Assembly (NCBI GenBank): GCA_045047115.1
Contig: JASFYR010000019.1
Coordinates: forward strand, 17,578-81,577
Length of the DNA: 64,000 nt
From: Sulfurospirillum sp.
GTDB lineage: Bacteria; Campylobacterota; Campylobacteria; Campylobacterales; Sulfurospirillaceae
Direction: 5' to 3'
Shown here: piece by piece, positions 8,865-21,633 of the stretch
Layout: every line of letters starts with the position of its first letter
Numbering within the stretch: position 1 is the stretch's first letter
Position numbers and translations under genes: made by a program
Notes under the pieces: model-generated
What the model was told of the DNA's origin: nothing
Databases searched by the model: none
Seen by the model: only the letters and a program-made list of their open reading frames with translations

Positions 8865-9492
8865 CGAAGAAATTACAAGCTATATTCTGGCTTGTAAAAA
8901 TCTGGAGCTGGCTTATGAAACCCTAAGAGAGCAGTATAGTGAGCAAAACTGTAAATTTTTCATAAAAGACAGTGAAAAACAGAGTGAGGATTTTTTGCTT
9001 GAGGATGCCAAAAGTGTTGTGAAAGAAGCTTATGTAGCCGAGAGTGAAAAGAAAATCATAATTTTAGGGGCAAAAACTTACAATATTTATGCTCAAAATT
9101 CACTTCTCAAAATTCTCGAAGAGCCACCGAAAAATATAATTTTTATACTTGTTTGTGAAAGTAAAAATGTTTTTTTGCCGACTATTCGCTCTCGTCTCTT
9201 GCTAAAAGAGTTGGATTTTAGTGAAGAGAGAGTGGAGACAGAGTTAAATCTGGCAAATCTTGATCTTAAAGATATATATGATTTTGTCCAAAAAAACTCA
9301 AGAGTAAAAAAAAATGAGTTGAAAAATTTGATGCAGGTGATTGTCAGCGAGGCTATCATAAGATATGGCATCTCGTTTAGGACAAAAGAGTTGGAGCATT
9401 TTGAAAAACTCTTGCAGCTTAGTGAGTTAAATTCAAGACCTGTAAACATCTTAATCTCGCTACTTTTAACAATATATCTAAAAAGAGATTAA
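8824..9492 (+). CDS. holB: DNA polymerase III subunit delta' (HolB)-like
   Basis: About 210-220 aa with the LLKILEEPP motif typical of clamp-loader delta'/gamma subunits. Lies upstream of folP. Start uncertain because the ORF overlaps the hobA-like 3' end. Confidence 0.6.
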   Translation: MPCSSQRLILRVNDEEITSYILACKNLELAYETLREQYSEQNCKFFIKDSEKQSEDFLLEDAKSVVKEAYVAESEKKIIILGAKTYNIYAQNSLLKILEEPPKNIIFILVCESKNVFLPTIRSRLLLKELDFSEERVETELNLANLDLKDIYDFVQKNSRVKKNELKNLMQVIVSEAIIRYGISFRTKELEHFEKLLQLSELNSRPVNILISLLLTIYLKRD

Positions 9493-9493
9493 A

Positions 9494-10635
9494 GTGAGAG
9501 TATATAAAATTTCAAAGAATACTCCTTTGAATAAGCTTTTTGGTGAAATAGGAGTTACAAAAGAAGGCTCAAAAATACTCCAGAGAAAAGCAGGAGTAAA
9601 TTTGATATATATAAAAGATATAAAATCTCCGGCAGCAAATATACTGAAGCAAGATGCTCTCTCTATCGGTGCTGATTTGGCTGTACCAAAAGATTGTGTT
9701 ACATGTAGAGCCGAGTTTGTAGATGCAATTTTGATTGCAAATGATACCATGCTTAAAAAATTAAGCATTAAAGAGAGAACTCAACCATTTGGGCTTAAGG
9801 ATTTAGCCAAGAGTTTAAGTGATTTTGTACTGTTTAGGCAAGAGAAGACTAAGATTATGGGTGTTTTAAATGCAAATAATGACAGTTTTTTTTCGCAAAG
9901 CAGATTTTGTGCGGATGATGCTAGAAAGAAGATTGAGGCTATGATGGAGGAGGGTGCGGATATCATTGATATTGGTGGGGTCTCAAGCCGTCCGGGCAGT
10001 GTTGGAGTTAGCGAAAATGAGGAGTTTACCAGGGTTAAAGACATCATAGAGACAGTAAGAAAGTATAAATTATATGAGAGAGTAGAATTTTCCTTAGACA
10101 GCTACTCACCTTTAAGCTTAAAATATGCCCTGGACAGTGGTTTTAGTATAGTCAATGATATAACCGCCCTAAAAAATGATGAGGTTGCGCTCCTCGCTTC
10201 AAAATACGATGCAACGGTTGTGCTTATGCATAAGCTTGGTTCTACGCAGGATATGCAAAAAGACCCACACTATGATAATGTTGTACTTGATGTTGATGAT
10301 TTTTTTGCTCAAAGGATAAAAAAAGCGAAAGATTTTGGTATAAAAGATATAATTTTAGATGTCGGAATTGGATTTGGTAAAAAGCTTGAACACAATCTCT
10401 CTCTCTTGCAGAATTTGGAGCATTTTTTGCATTTTGACTGCCCTCTTTTGGTGGGAGCCAGTAGAAAGTCCATGATTGATATGATATATCCCAGCCAAAT
10501 CAAAGAGAGACTTCCTGGCACTTTGGCGATTCATCTCGAATCAATTAAAAGAGGAGCTTCGATTTTAAGAGTTCATGATGTCAAAGAACATATCCAAGCC
10601 ATAAAAGTCCAAAAAGCTATAGAAGAAGCGTTTTA

Positions 10636-10636
<1 letters not shown>
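9494..10636 (+). CDS. folP: dihydropteroate synthase with about 100-aa N-terminal extension
   Basis: Pterin-binding motifs IMGVLNANNDSFF, DIIDIGGVSSRPG, ILDVGIGFGK and LVGASRKS. 380 aa, against about 280 for canonical FolP. Confidence 0.85.
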
Positions 10637-14052
<3,416 letters not shown>

Positions 14053-14854
14053 GATAGATTCTATTGCAATTGGTGTTTTTGATGGATTTCATCTTGGACA
14101 CAAGGAGCTTTTAAAAAGGCTTACTCCAAATGGTGCTATTTTGATAATTTATAAAGAAATAGCAAATATAACCCCGGGTTTTACGAGAGAGAGATTTAGC
14201 CCATACCCTTGTATTTTTATGAAATTTGCCAGTATAAAAGGGCTCGATTGTGCTGAATTTATTTCTATCTTGATGAGTCATTTTCCGTCTTTAAAGAAGA
14301 TAGTGGTTGGATATGATTTTAAATTTGGTGCAAATAGAGCCTGCGATATCTATGACTTAAAGCAGATGTTTGCGGGAAAGATTGATGTGGTAGATGAGTT
14401 TTTTATAGATGGTGTTTCTGTACACTCATCTAAAATAAGAGAATTCATAAAAAACGGAGAGATTAAGAAAGCCAACACTTTTTTAGGCAGAGAGTATAGC
14501 ATAGTCGGTAAAGTCATAAAAGGGCAGGGTTTAGGAAAAAAAGAGCTTTTTCCTACACTCAATATTGAAATTCAAAAATATATCATGCCTAAAAACGGTG
14601 TTTATGCCACAAGAGTTTTGATAGAGGACAAACTGTACGATTCTGTGACATTTATAGGTATAAGAGAGAGCACTGATGGAAACTTTGCCTGTGAGACACA
14701 TGTGATAGACAAGGATATTTCGCAAATTGATGAAGTAGAGATATTTTTCGTTGATTTTATAAGAGAAAACAAAAAATTTGACTCTTTGAGCGAACTAAAA
14801 GACGCGATAAAAAAAGATATAACAGTAAGCACCAATCCATAAAGATTTGCTTGG

Positions 14855-15658
14855 CTAATACTTTTGTACTGATCTAATTAGTTGTTGTTTTTTGTCTTTA
14901 TACATCAAGGAGTCTACATTTTTAAAGATTTCTTTAAAATTATTTTTCTCTTTAAAATCAACAATCCCAAAAGAGAAGGTTATATTAAATGTTTTATTCT
15001 CATGCTTTAAATTTGTAGCTTCAAGATTTCTTCTTATGGCTTCCAAAAGTTTTGTCAGTTTGTTTTTGTCGTGATTTTCACTGATGAGTATAAACTCGTC
15101 CCCCGCAAAACGAATAGCAAAAGTATCCTCAACCTTCCTGAGAAGGGAGCCAATCATTGCTAATACTTTGTCTCCTGTAAGATGTCCATAATTATCATTG
15201 ACGCTCTTGAAGCTGTCAATATCAACAAAAGCAAAAACTCCGCTGTATTTGAATTTTTCTAAATCAAGATATTTTTCATATAGCCATCTTCTGTTGTATA
15301 GGCGGGTCAGTTCGTCTATATACAGATCTTCTTGAAGGTGTATTATCTTTCTTTCTAGCGATATGACCGCCTCTTCTATCATTTTTAGATCATTATCATT
15401 TTTTTCTACGATGGCTGTTCTGGCTTTTTGAATATTTGTTTTTAAAAGAGTTGTTGATTTTTCAGTCTCGTCTTTCATCTTTTGAATCTTATTCATGGCA
15501 TATATAAGTGCTTTCTTTTTCTCTTTTTCATTGATTTTTATACCTAAATCGTTTGCTTTGGTATAGAAAATATCATTATAAATTTCTGGCAACACAATAT
15601 CTAGTTTGCGAATCTCTTTTATAGTCTCGTCGGTTAGTTCGTGTAGCTTTTTATTCAT
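14855..15658 (-). CDS. GGDEF-domain diguanylate cyclase (AGDEF variant) with N-terminal coiled coil
   Basis: 267 aa with RLYNRRW, FVDIDSFKSVNDNYGHLTGDKVL and RFAGDEFILI. No sensor domain recognised and no RxxD I-site seen. Confidence 0.8.
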   Translation of the reverse strand: MNKKLHELTDETIKEIRKLDIVLPEIYNDIFYTKANDLGIKINEKEKKKALIYAMNKIQKMKDETEKSTTLLKTNIQKARTAIVEKNDNDLKMIEEAVISLERKIIHLQEDLYIDELTRLYNRRWLYEKYLDLEKFKYSGVFAFVDIDSFKSVNDNYGHLTGDKVLAMIGSLLRKVEDTFAIRFAGDEFILISENHDKNKLTKLLEAIRRNLEATNLKHENKTFNITFSFGIVDFKEKNNFKEIFKNVDSLMYKDKKQQLIRSVQKY

Positions 15659-15671
15659 TTTATTCTCTTTT

Positions 15672-15680
15672 TGGTATAAT
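15672..15680 (+). promoter_or_regulatory. candidate extended -10 promoter element for cmoA
   Basis: TGGTATAAT (TGnTATAAT) lies 43 nt upstream of the cmoA ATG. Confidence 0.4.
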
Positions 15681-15722
15681 GTTATATGATTACCCCAAAA
15701 TTATACCCAAAAAAGATGACAA

Positions 15723-16427
15723 ATGGATGAAGTTTTTAAGAAACCTATAGAAAAACAGTTTGAATTTGACGAAAAAATAGCTAGTGTTTTTGATGATATG
15801 TTAAATCGCTCTATCCCTTTTTACGAAGATGTGGTTTCTTTGGTTTGTGACATCATAGCACTACATATAGAGGACAACTCAACTGTGCTAGATCTTGGTT
15901 GCTCTACAGCAAATACACTGCTAGCTTTGCATAGGAGATGCGATTACTCTATAAAAAGTATAGGATTTGATAGTTCAGAGGCTATGCTAGTGCAGGCAAA
16001 GAGAAAGATAGATGCATATGGCGCTGATATAGAGCTGAAGCTTGCAGATATACTGGATGTCAGATTACCAAAAAGTGATGTTGTTATAGCTAACTATATG
16101 TTACAGTTTATAAGACCTCTACAAAGAGAAGAATTTATAAAAAAAATTTATAATTCACTTAAAGATGACGGGATATTTGTCTTTAGTGAAAAAGTTATTT
16201 ATGAAGATAAAAGATTAAATAAAAAAATGATTGATATATACTATAATTTTAAAAAGAATCAAGGGTACAGTGAATTTGAAATATCTCAAAAGAGAGAAGC
16301 ACTAGAAAATGTTCTTGTGCCTTATAGTGAAGAAGAAAATAAAAACCTGATTTTAAAATCAGGTTTTAAAAATATAGAAACTATATTTAAATGGGGAAAT
16401 TTCGTCACTTTTTTAGCTATTAAATAG
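15723..16427 (+). CDS. cmoA: carboxy-S-adenosyl-L-methionine synthase CmoA
   Basis: 234 aa class I methyltransferase fold (VLDLGCSTA) with an N-terminal FDDMLNRSIPFYE segment typical of CmoA. Confidence 0.8.
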   Translation: MDEVFKKPIEKQFEFDEKIASVFDDMLNRSIPFYEDVVSLVCDIIALHIEDNSTVLDLGCSTANTLLALHRRCDYSIKSIGFDSSEAMLVQAKRKIDAYGADIELKLADILDVRLPKSDVVIANYMLQFIRPLQREEFIKKIYNSLKDDGIFVFSEKVIYEDKRLNKKMIDIYYNFKKNQGYSEFEISQKREALENVLVPYSEEENKNLILKSGFKNIETIFKWGNFVTFLAIK

Positions 16428-16664
16428 TTTAGGCTCTCTTCTTTTTATATGATTTATAACAGTTATAATTTCATCTAGCCCCATTTCGCTATCATCATCT
16501 TCATCAAATACTTCATCTATAGCATCAAGATAGGCATCCACTGCTTTTTTTAGATTTTCTTTTTTAACTCCGGCGAAAAACAGTGCCGCATTTAGCATAT
16601 CTGTTAGTTGTATCGCCAACTCCTCTATCTCTAGCTCAATATCTTGTATATCTTTATCTAGCAT
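16413..16664 (-). CDS. small acidic hypothetical protein
   Basis: 83 aa, very acidic. Its start overlaps the stop of the upstream DHH gene by 7 nt, suggesting translational coupling. No family recognised. Confidence 0.4.
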   Translation of the reverse strand: MLDKDIQDIELEIEELAIQLTDMLNAALFFAGVKKENLKKAVDAYLDAIDEVFDEDDDSEMGLDEIITVINHIKRREPKLFNS

Positions 16665-17701
16665 TGTTTGCTCCTGTTTTTTTTTGTTATAACATCTTCT
16701 ATCTGTTTTTTGATATTTTTATATATGAAACTGTCTTTAAAATTTCCAATCAAACCACCGCTTGCATTTGGATGTCCACCCCCGTTTGCCAGATGCACTG
16801 CCATTTTACTTACATCCACTTTACCATTTGCCCTAAGAGAGATTGTTTTTCTTGATGTGATATCCATAAAAAAATCAAAATCAGGATTTGCTTTCAGAAA
16901 GTCGTTTCCGATCACAGAAACATTTCCTATATTGTAGGTAAGTATGCCTTTATAGCCCTTGTATTTAATCTGCATTTTATCTCTGTTTTGGCTTAGCATT
17001 TTAACATTTTGTTTTGATATTAGATTATTGAGTGTATCATCGTTACTTTGCTTAAAAATCTCTTTTTTTATCTTATGTATATTTTCATCAAGTACAATGT
17101 GTGGATTTTTCTCATCAAAATAAGGTTGTATTTTGGTAAGTAGTTCAAACATATATAGACTATTCTCCTTTGGAAACATAATTCTGTTTATCTCTTTTGC
17201 TCCGCTTATGAGTCCTAGACAAACCTTTCCTAATTCAAACTCTTTTTTATCATCAAGCCAGATATCTACAGCATTTATAACATCTGTAAGTTTGGAAAGT
17301 TTTTTATCTTCTTGAAAAATTGATGAAAAAAAGTCATAAGCTATTTTAGTAGCACATCTACTGTCATCAAGATAATACCATTCAAAGTCATTTGCACAAT
17401 TCTGCCCTGATTTGTGGTGGTCTAAAAGCAAAAGCATTATTTTTTCACCTGCAATTTTCACTCTTGAATCAAAATCCTTTGCTTGTTCCGGTGTTAAGTT
17501 GAGATCTGTTACAAGTATGATATTTTTTTCATAGCCATCACTGTTTATATCATTGAAAATTTCTTCAAACCTTTCGTTTATCTCTTTACCATAGTTTGAA
17601 TTATAAAATTTTATATTATCAAAATATTTGTTTGTGACCATTTGGCATCCATATCCATCTAGATCAGTATGCGATAAATGGTACACTTTGTAATTGTTCA
17701 T
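16658..17701 (-). CDS. DHH family phosphoesterase
   Basis: 347 aa with motifs HTDLDGYGC, LLDHHKSG and GGGHPNASGG (DHH/DHHA1 pattern). Confidence 0.75.
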   Translation of the reverse strand: MNNYKVYHLSHTDLDGYGCQMVTNKYFDNIKFYNSNYGKEINERFEEIFNDINSDGYEKNIILVTDLNLTPEQAKDFDSRVKIAGEKIMLLLLDHHKSGQNCANDFEWYYLDDSRCATKIAYDFFSSIFQEDKKLSKLTDVINAVDIWLDDKKEFELGKVCLGLISGAKEINRIMFPKENSLYMFELLTKIQPYFDEKNPHIVLDENIHKIKKEIFKQSNDDTLNNLISKQNVKMLSQNRDKMQIKYKGYKGILTYNIGNVSVIGNDFLKANPDFDFFMDITSRKTISLRANGKVDVSKMAVHLANGGGHPNASGGLIGNFKDSFIYKNIKKQIEDVITKKNRSKQC

Positions 17702-17710
17702 TAATTTCCT

Positions 17711-19888
17711 TTACAGATTTTCTATTTCAATAGTCCCGACTACTTCAAATTTTGCATTTGTATCAATCTCGGCATGACTCAATACGACAACATCAAGATT
17801 AAATTTTTCAAAAATGTCATTTAAAGATTTTCTTAGAAGCGGATCAACTACTATGATGACCGGTGCGATTCCTTTTTGTAAAACTTTGCTTGCTTCATCA
17901 CTGACAACTTTCACTAGCTCGTTAATCTGTCCAATATTTAGAATTAGATCTCTCACTCCTTCTCTGTCGTGAAGTGCATCCAGCATTTTTTGTTCCGTAT
18001 TTGCATTAAAAGTCAACAGTTTTATAAAACCCTCTTCATCTTTGTACATTTTTGTGATTATGCGAGAGAGATGAGATCTCACCTGTTCGGTTATAATCTC
18101 AACATTTCTTGTTATTTCGGCAACATCACTTATGGTTTCCAAAATAGTCAGCATATCTTTGATTGGTATTTTTTCGTGTAGAAGTGCTTTTAAAACTTTC
18201 TGTATAAGTCCTATATTTGCAACTTTAAGACAGTCTTCCACAACTACTGGAAAATTGTCTTTTGTTTTATCTACGAGTGACTGTACATCCTGCCTTGTTA
18301 AGAGCTCTTCTGAGTATTTTTTGATGAGCTCGCTTAAGTGTGTAGATATCACAGTAGCAGGATCAACGATGGTGTATCCTTTTATGATGGCATCCTCTTT
18401 CATGTCAGCATTGATCCACAAAGCATCGAGTCCAAATGCCGGCTCTTTTGTAGCAATGCCTTCTATTTTATCTATGACCAGACCGCTATCCATAGCCAAA
18501 AACTTATCGGGATATATATCTCCACTGCCTATTTCCGCACCTTTTAGGAGAAGTTGATACTGGTTTGGCTGTAAGTGTAGATTGTCTCTTATTCGAACTT
18601 GAGGTATGAGGTAGCCATAATCAGTAGCTATTTTTCTTCGCATGCTTTTTATTCGATCCAGCAAGTCTCCACCTTGCACAGGGTCGGCTAATTTTATGAG
18701 CTGATACCCTAAATCAAGCTCCAAAATTTCAATTTTCAGTATATCGTTTAGTGCATCTTCTTCCTCTTTTTTTAGCTCTTGAGCTGATTTTTTTTGAGGT
18801 TTTGAACTTGGCGCGTCTATTTTGGCCTCTTTGCTTGTAGTTTGATTTGGACTAAAGAAGTTTTTGATAGAAAAATCATCTTGTGCAGCTTTTTTGATAA
18901 AGTATGACAGTGTAAGAAATATCATGCCTACAAATCCAAGTGATATAGTTGGAAGACCGGGTACTAATGCAAACATTATGAGTATTAAGCCAACGATAAA
19001 AAGGGTCTTATAGTCGCTAAAAAGTTGGTTGACTGCTCCTGTGGCAAAATTTTCATCATCTTTGTTTGCTCTTGTGATGATTATACCTGTTGCTGTAGAG
19101 ATTATCAAGGCCGGTAGTTGAGATACGAGTCCGTCACCTATAGTTAATATAGTATATGTTTTTGCACTGGTAGCAAGATTAAGATCGTATTGAAATGCAC
19201 CTATAAGAAAACCACCAATTATGTTTATAATCGTGATGATTATACCTGCTACTGCATCACCTTTGACAAATTTGCTAGAACCGTCCATTGCCCCATAAAA
19301 ACTAGCTTCCTGGATGATGTCTTCTCTTCTTTCTCTTGCTGTTTTCTCATCAATTAAGCCCGCATTTAGATCTGCATCAATTGCCATCTGCTTGCCAGGC
19401 ATCGCATCCAGCGTAAAACGGGCGGCTACTTCTGCAACCCTTGTAGAGCCTTTTGTTATAACCATAAAGTTTATGATAACCAAAATAGAAAAAACTATAA
19501 CTCCTATGACATAGTTTCCTCCAACAACAAACTCACCAAAGCTGGCAATTATATCGCTGACAGCGCTGGGACCCTCATGTCCATGGCTTAAAATCATTCT
19601 TGTCGTTGCTACATTTAAAGAGAGTCTGTATAGTGTTATGACCAGTATCAAAGTGGGAAATGTTGTCAAATCTGTCGGTTTTGGTATATATAATGATATA
19701 AGAATAATTAAAACAGAGATAGATAAAGATATGGTTAAAAAGAAATCAAGCGCAGCACTGGGTAGAGGTACTATTATAATAGCCAATATTGCAATTATAA
19801 AAATTACCATTGTTAAGTCTTTGGATTTTAGAATAAGCCTTAGTATAAGACCCAGTGGTGCCAAGAGATTTTTGCTGTTTTTTGCCAT
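17711..19888 (-). CDS. flhA: flagellar biosynthesis (export gate) protein FlhA
   Basis: 725 aa. FHIPEP family N-terminal membrane domain ([23 protein letters not shown]) and large cytoplasmic C-terminal domain. Confidence 0.95.
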   Translation of the reverse strand: MAKNSKNLLAPLGLILRLILKSKDLTMVIFIIAILAIIIVPLPSAALDFFLTISLSISVLIILISLYIPKPTDLTTFPTLILVITLYRLSLNVATTRMILSHGHEGPSAVSDIIASFGEFVVGGNYVIGVIVFSILVIINFMVITKGSTRVAEVAARFTLDAMPGKQMAIDADLNAGLIDEKTARERREDIIQEASFYGAMDGSSKFVKGDAVAGIIITIINIIGGFLIGAFQYDLNLATSAKTYTILTIGDGLVSQLPALIISTATGIIITRANKDDENFATGAVNQLFSDYKTLFIVGLILIMFALVPGLPTISLGFVGMIFLTLSYFIKKAAQDDFSIKNFFSPNQTTSKEAKIDAPSSKPQKKSAQELKKEEEDALNDILKIEILELDLGYQLIKLADPVQGGDLLDRIKSMRRKIATDYGYLIPQVRIRDNLHLQPNQYQLLLKGAEIGSGDIYPDKFLAMDSGLVIDKIEGIATKEPAFGLDALWINADMKEDAIIKGYTIVDPATVISTHLSELIKKYSEELLTRQDVQSLVDKTKDNFPVVVEDCLKVANIGLIQKVLKALLHEKIPIKDMLTILETISDVAEITRNVEIITEQVRSHLSRIITKMYKDEEGFIKLLTFNANTEQKMLDALHDREGVRDLILNIGQINELVKVVSDEASKVLQKGIAPVIIVVDPLLRKSLNDIFEKFNLDVVVLSHAEIDTNAKFEVVGTIEIENL

Positions 19889-19892
19889 ATAT

Positions 19893-20297
19893 CTAATTTT
19901 CTATCATATCTTTTAATGTAATTTTATCTAAAAAGAGGTCTATTTTCATTTGTAATTTGACTAAAATCGGCAATATTTTACAAAAATCTTCTTTCCCGCT
20001 CGGGCATTTTGCTTCAGGAAGTGAACATTCAAAAACTTTTGTTGGTTTTTTTTCGGCAGATTCTATAATTTTTTTTAAGCTCAAATCCTCAGGAGGGAAT
20101 GCAAGTATGAAACCTCCCCTTGTTCCTTTGAATGATTTGAGAATACCCTCTTTTGCTAATGATTGCAAAATTTTTGCCAAAAAACTTTTGGAGATACCCA
20201 ATTGGGTTGAGAGAGTATCAACATCCTGGGGAGTATCCTTCTCTGAAATCATAATCAATGATAATAGTGCATATTCGCTAGCTTTCGTCAACAGCAT
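19893..20297 (-). CDS. Rrf2 family transcriptional regulator
   Basis: 134 aa with an N-terminal winged-helix pattern ([10 protein letters not shown]...[19 protein letters not shown]). Lies immediately upstream of flhA, the arrangement I recall from Campylobacter jejuni. Confidence 0.85.
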   Translation of the reverse strand: MLLTKASEYALLSLIMISEKDTPQDVDTLSTQLGISKSFLAKILQSLAKEGILKSFKGTRGGFILAFPPEDLSLKKIIESAEKKPTKVFECSLPEAKCPSGKEDFCKILPILVKLQMKIDLFLDKITLKDMIEN

Positions 20298-20356
20298 TAA
20301 ATACCTTTATATTAAATAGGATAAATATTGTACTAAATATAAACTAGATTTTCCTT

Positions 20357-20395
20357 TAATTTCAAAAAATAATTTCAACTTATTTTTTGAAATTA
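20357..20395. repeat. perfect 16-bp inverted repeat with 7-nt loop between the Rrf2 gene and rpsO
   Basis: TAATTTCAAAAAATAA (20357-20372), TTTCAAC, TTATTTTTTGAAATTA (20380-20395). About 60 nt upstream of the Rrf2 start codon. Confidence 0.9.
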
Positions 20396-20426
20396 TTAAA
20401 AGTTAGACTTATTTACACTTTTTAGA

Positions 20427-20457
20427 TATAATACGAGCCCTTTTTCCAGGAAAAAGG
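20427..20457 (+). promoter_or_regulatory. candidate rpsO -10 box plus 5'-proximal leader hairpin
   Basis: TATAAT at 20427-20432. Hairpin CCTTTTT-CCAGG-AAAAAGG at 20439-20457 would sit at the extreme 5' end of the transcript. RBS AAGGAGG is upstream of the ATG at 20483. Confidence 0.4.
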
Positions 20458-20482
20458 AAAAATACCAATCAAGGAGGTCATT

Positions 20483-20755
20483 ATGGCTTTAGGTTCGGCG
20501 GAAAAATTGGAAATCGTCAACAAATTTGGAAGAAAAGAGGGTGATACAGGTTCACCAGAGGTTCAAATAGCACTTTTATCTAAGAGAATTATGGATTTAA
20601 CAGAGCATTTGAAAATTAACAAAAAAGACCACTCTTCAAGATTAGGACTTTTAAAATTAGTAGGACAGAGAAAAAGACTTTTAAGATATCTTAAAAAGAC
20701 TAATTTTGTTAAATACACCCAAGTTATAAAAGAGTTGTCAATAAGAGACAAATAA
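20483..20755 (+). CDS. rpsO: 30S ribosomal protein S15
   Basis: 90 aa; [29 protein letters not shown] is the classic S15 pattern. Confidence 0.95.
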   Translation: MALGSAEKLEIVNKFGRKEGDTGSPEVQIALLSKRIMDLTEHLKINKKDHSSRLGLLKLVGQRKRLLRYLKKTNFVKYTQVIKELSIRDK

Positions 20756-20764
20756 ATCAAATAT

Positions 20765-20789
20765 AAAGAGTCTGCTTTATAGACTCTTT
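20765..20789 (+). terminator. candidate rpsO terminator hairpin
   Basis: AAAGAGTCT-GCTTTAT-AGACTCTTT, a 9-bp stem starting 10 nt after the rpsO stop. The T-tail is weak. Confidence 0.5.
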
Positions 20790-20994
20790 ATCTCCTTGCT
20801 TCCAATACAATTAAATAAAACCATACAAATAACCGTATAAAAGTGTTACAAATTGATATATAATTACATTTAAATGCATATAAAATATAGATTTTGTTGT
20901 ATAAATTAACAGAAATTGAATATTTTAGATATAATATTTGATATTTTATCACTATTTAGGTGTAATTAATTTTGTCTTGGTTAAAATAAACTCT

Positions 20995-21249
20995 ATGAAA
21001 ACTAATGACATTTTTAATCTCCTTCATAATGCAGTAGAATCAAAATTTTTTGGTAAAAAAATAAGCCAAAGAGAGATGGCCCAAAGACTTGGTATATCTA
21101 TGAGAACATATCAGGACTGGAGGCTGGGTAATTCTAATCCGCAGGCTGCCATAGCTATCTTTAAAATGTTAAGTGAGCTTGAGGATGAAGAGGTTTTGCG
21201 TATAACAAAACGAATCCGTTTGAGATTAAAGGAGGATTTGGATGAGTAA
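20995..21249 (+). CDS. XRE-family helix-turn-helix protein (HigA/MqsA-like antitoxin pattern)
   Basis: Internal ATG at 20995; 84 aa. ISQREMAQRLGISMRTYQDWRLGNSNPQAAIAIFKML matches the XRE HTH followed by the R-x-P..A motif common in HigA/MqsA-type antitoxins. Candidate -10 TATAAT at 20930-20935. Confidence 0.6.
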   Translation: MKTNDIFNLLHNAVESKFFGKKISQREMAQRLGISMRTYQDWRLGNSNPQAAIAIFKMLSELEDEEVLRITKRIRLRLKEDLDE

Positions 21250-21415
21250 TTTGACAAAAAATGAAAAACAGGCACTTAATGACCTGTTTGCCTCTCTGAA
21301 AGAGAAAAGAAACTCGCTCGAACATGTCAAAAACAGTAAAAGAACTCTTGTCTTTGTTTTTGGTTTTCTCTTTAAATTTAAAAAAGCTGCTTCTAGTCTG
21401 CGTAATCACTCTTGA
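21242..21415 (+). CDS. 57-aa small ORF, not in the supplied ORF track (below its length cutoff), overlapping the XRE gene stop
   Basis: The ATG at 21242 overlaps the upstream stop in an ATGAGTAA arrangement. Translation is MSNLTKNEKQALNDLFASLKEKRNSLEHVKNSKRTLVFVFGFLFKFKKAASSLRNHS: an N-terminal helix and a hydrophobic C-terminal patch. No homology known to me. Confidence 0.35.
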   Translation: MSNLTKNEKQALNDLFASLKEKRNSLEHVKNSKRTLVFVFGFLFKFKKAASSLRNHS

Positions 21416-21532
21416 TTTAGAATTTTCAGTTTATTTCCCCACTGACTAATAGTGTAATAAAATCTTCATATTTGTGCTTCTTGTTTCATTTTCTATATAA
21501 AATTATCTACTAAATTAACTTTAGTCTACTAG

Positions 21533-21577
21533 ACTCAAGAATATTACTTGACAAAACATCACTCAATGTTGTATAAT
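21533..21577 (+). promoter_or_regulatory. hrcA operon promoter (TTGACA-18-TATAAT) with an overlapping inverted repeat built from HAIR-like half sites
   Basis: -35 TTGACA at 21548-21553 and -10 TATAAT at 21572-21577. ACTCAAG-N7-CTTGACA at 21533-21553 overlaps the -35. Confidence 0.55.
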
Positions 21578-21581
21578 TCCA

Positions 21582-21608
21582 TCAGCAATTAAAAGATAAG
21601 AGTGCTAA
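21582..21608 (+). promoter_or_regulatory. CIRCE-like HrcA operator (degenerate left arm)
   Basis: TCAGCAATT-N9-GAGTGCTAA against the consensus TTAGCACTC-N9-GAGTGCTAA. The right arm is perfect and the left is 6/9. It lies between the -10 box and the hrcA ATG. Confidence 0.55.
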
Positions 21609-21633
21609 TCAACCAATTAGGAAGTTAAATTAG

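Noticed and set aside
20420-20935. The shared 13-mer TTTTAGATATAAT upstream of both rpsO (about 20420-20432) and the XRE gene (about 20923-20935).
   Set aside because: It is most simply two strong AT-rich -10 regions of the Campylobacterota type. It is too short and too promoter-like to be called a repeat element.
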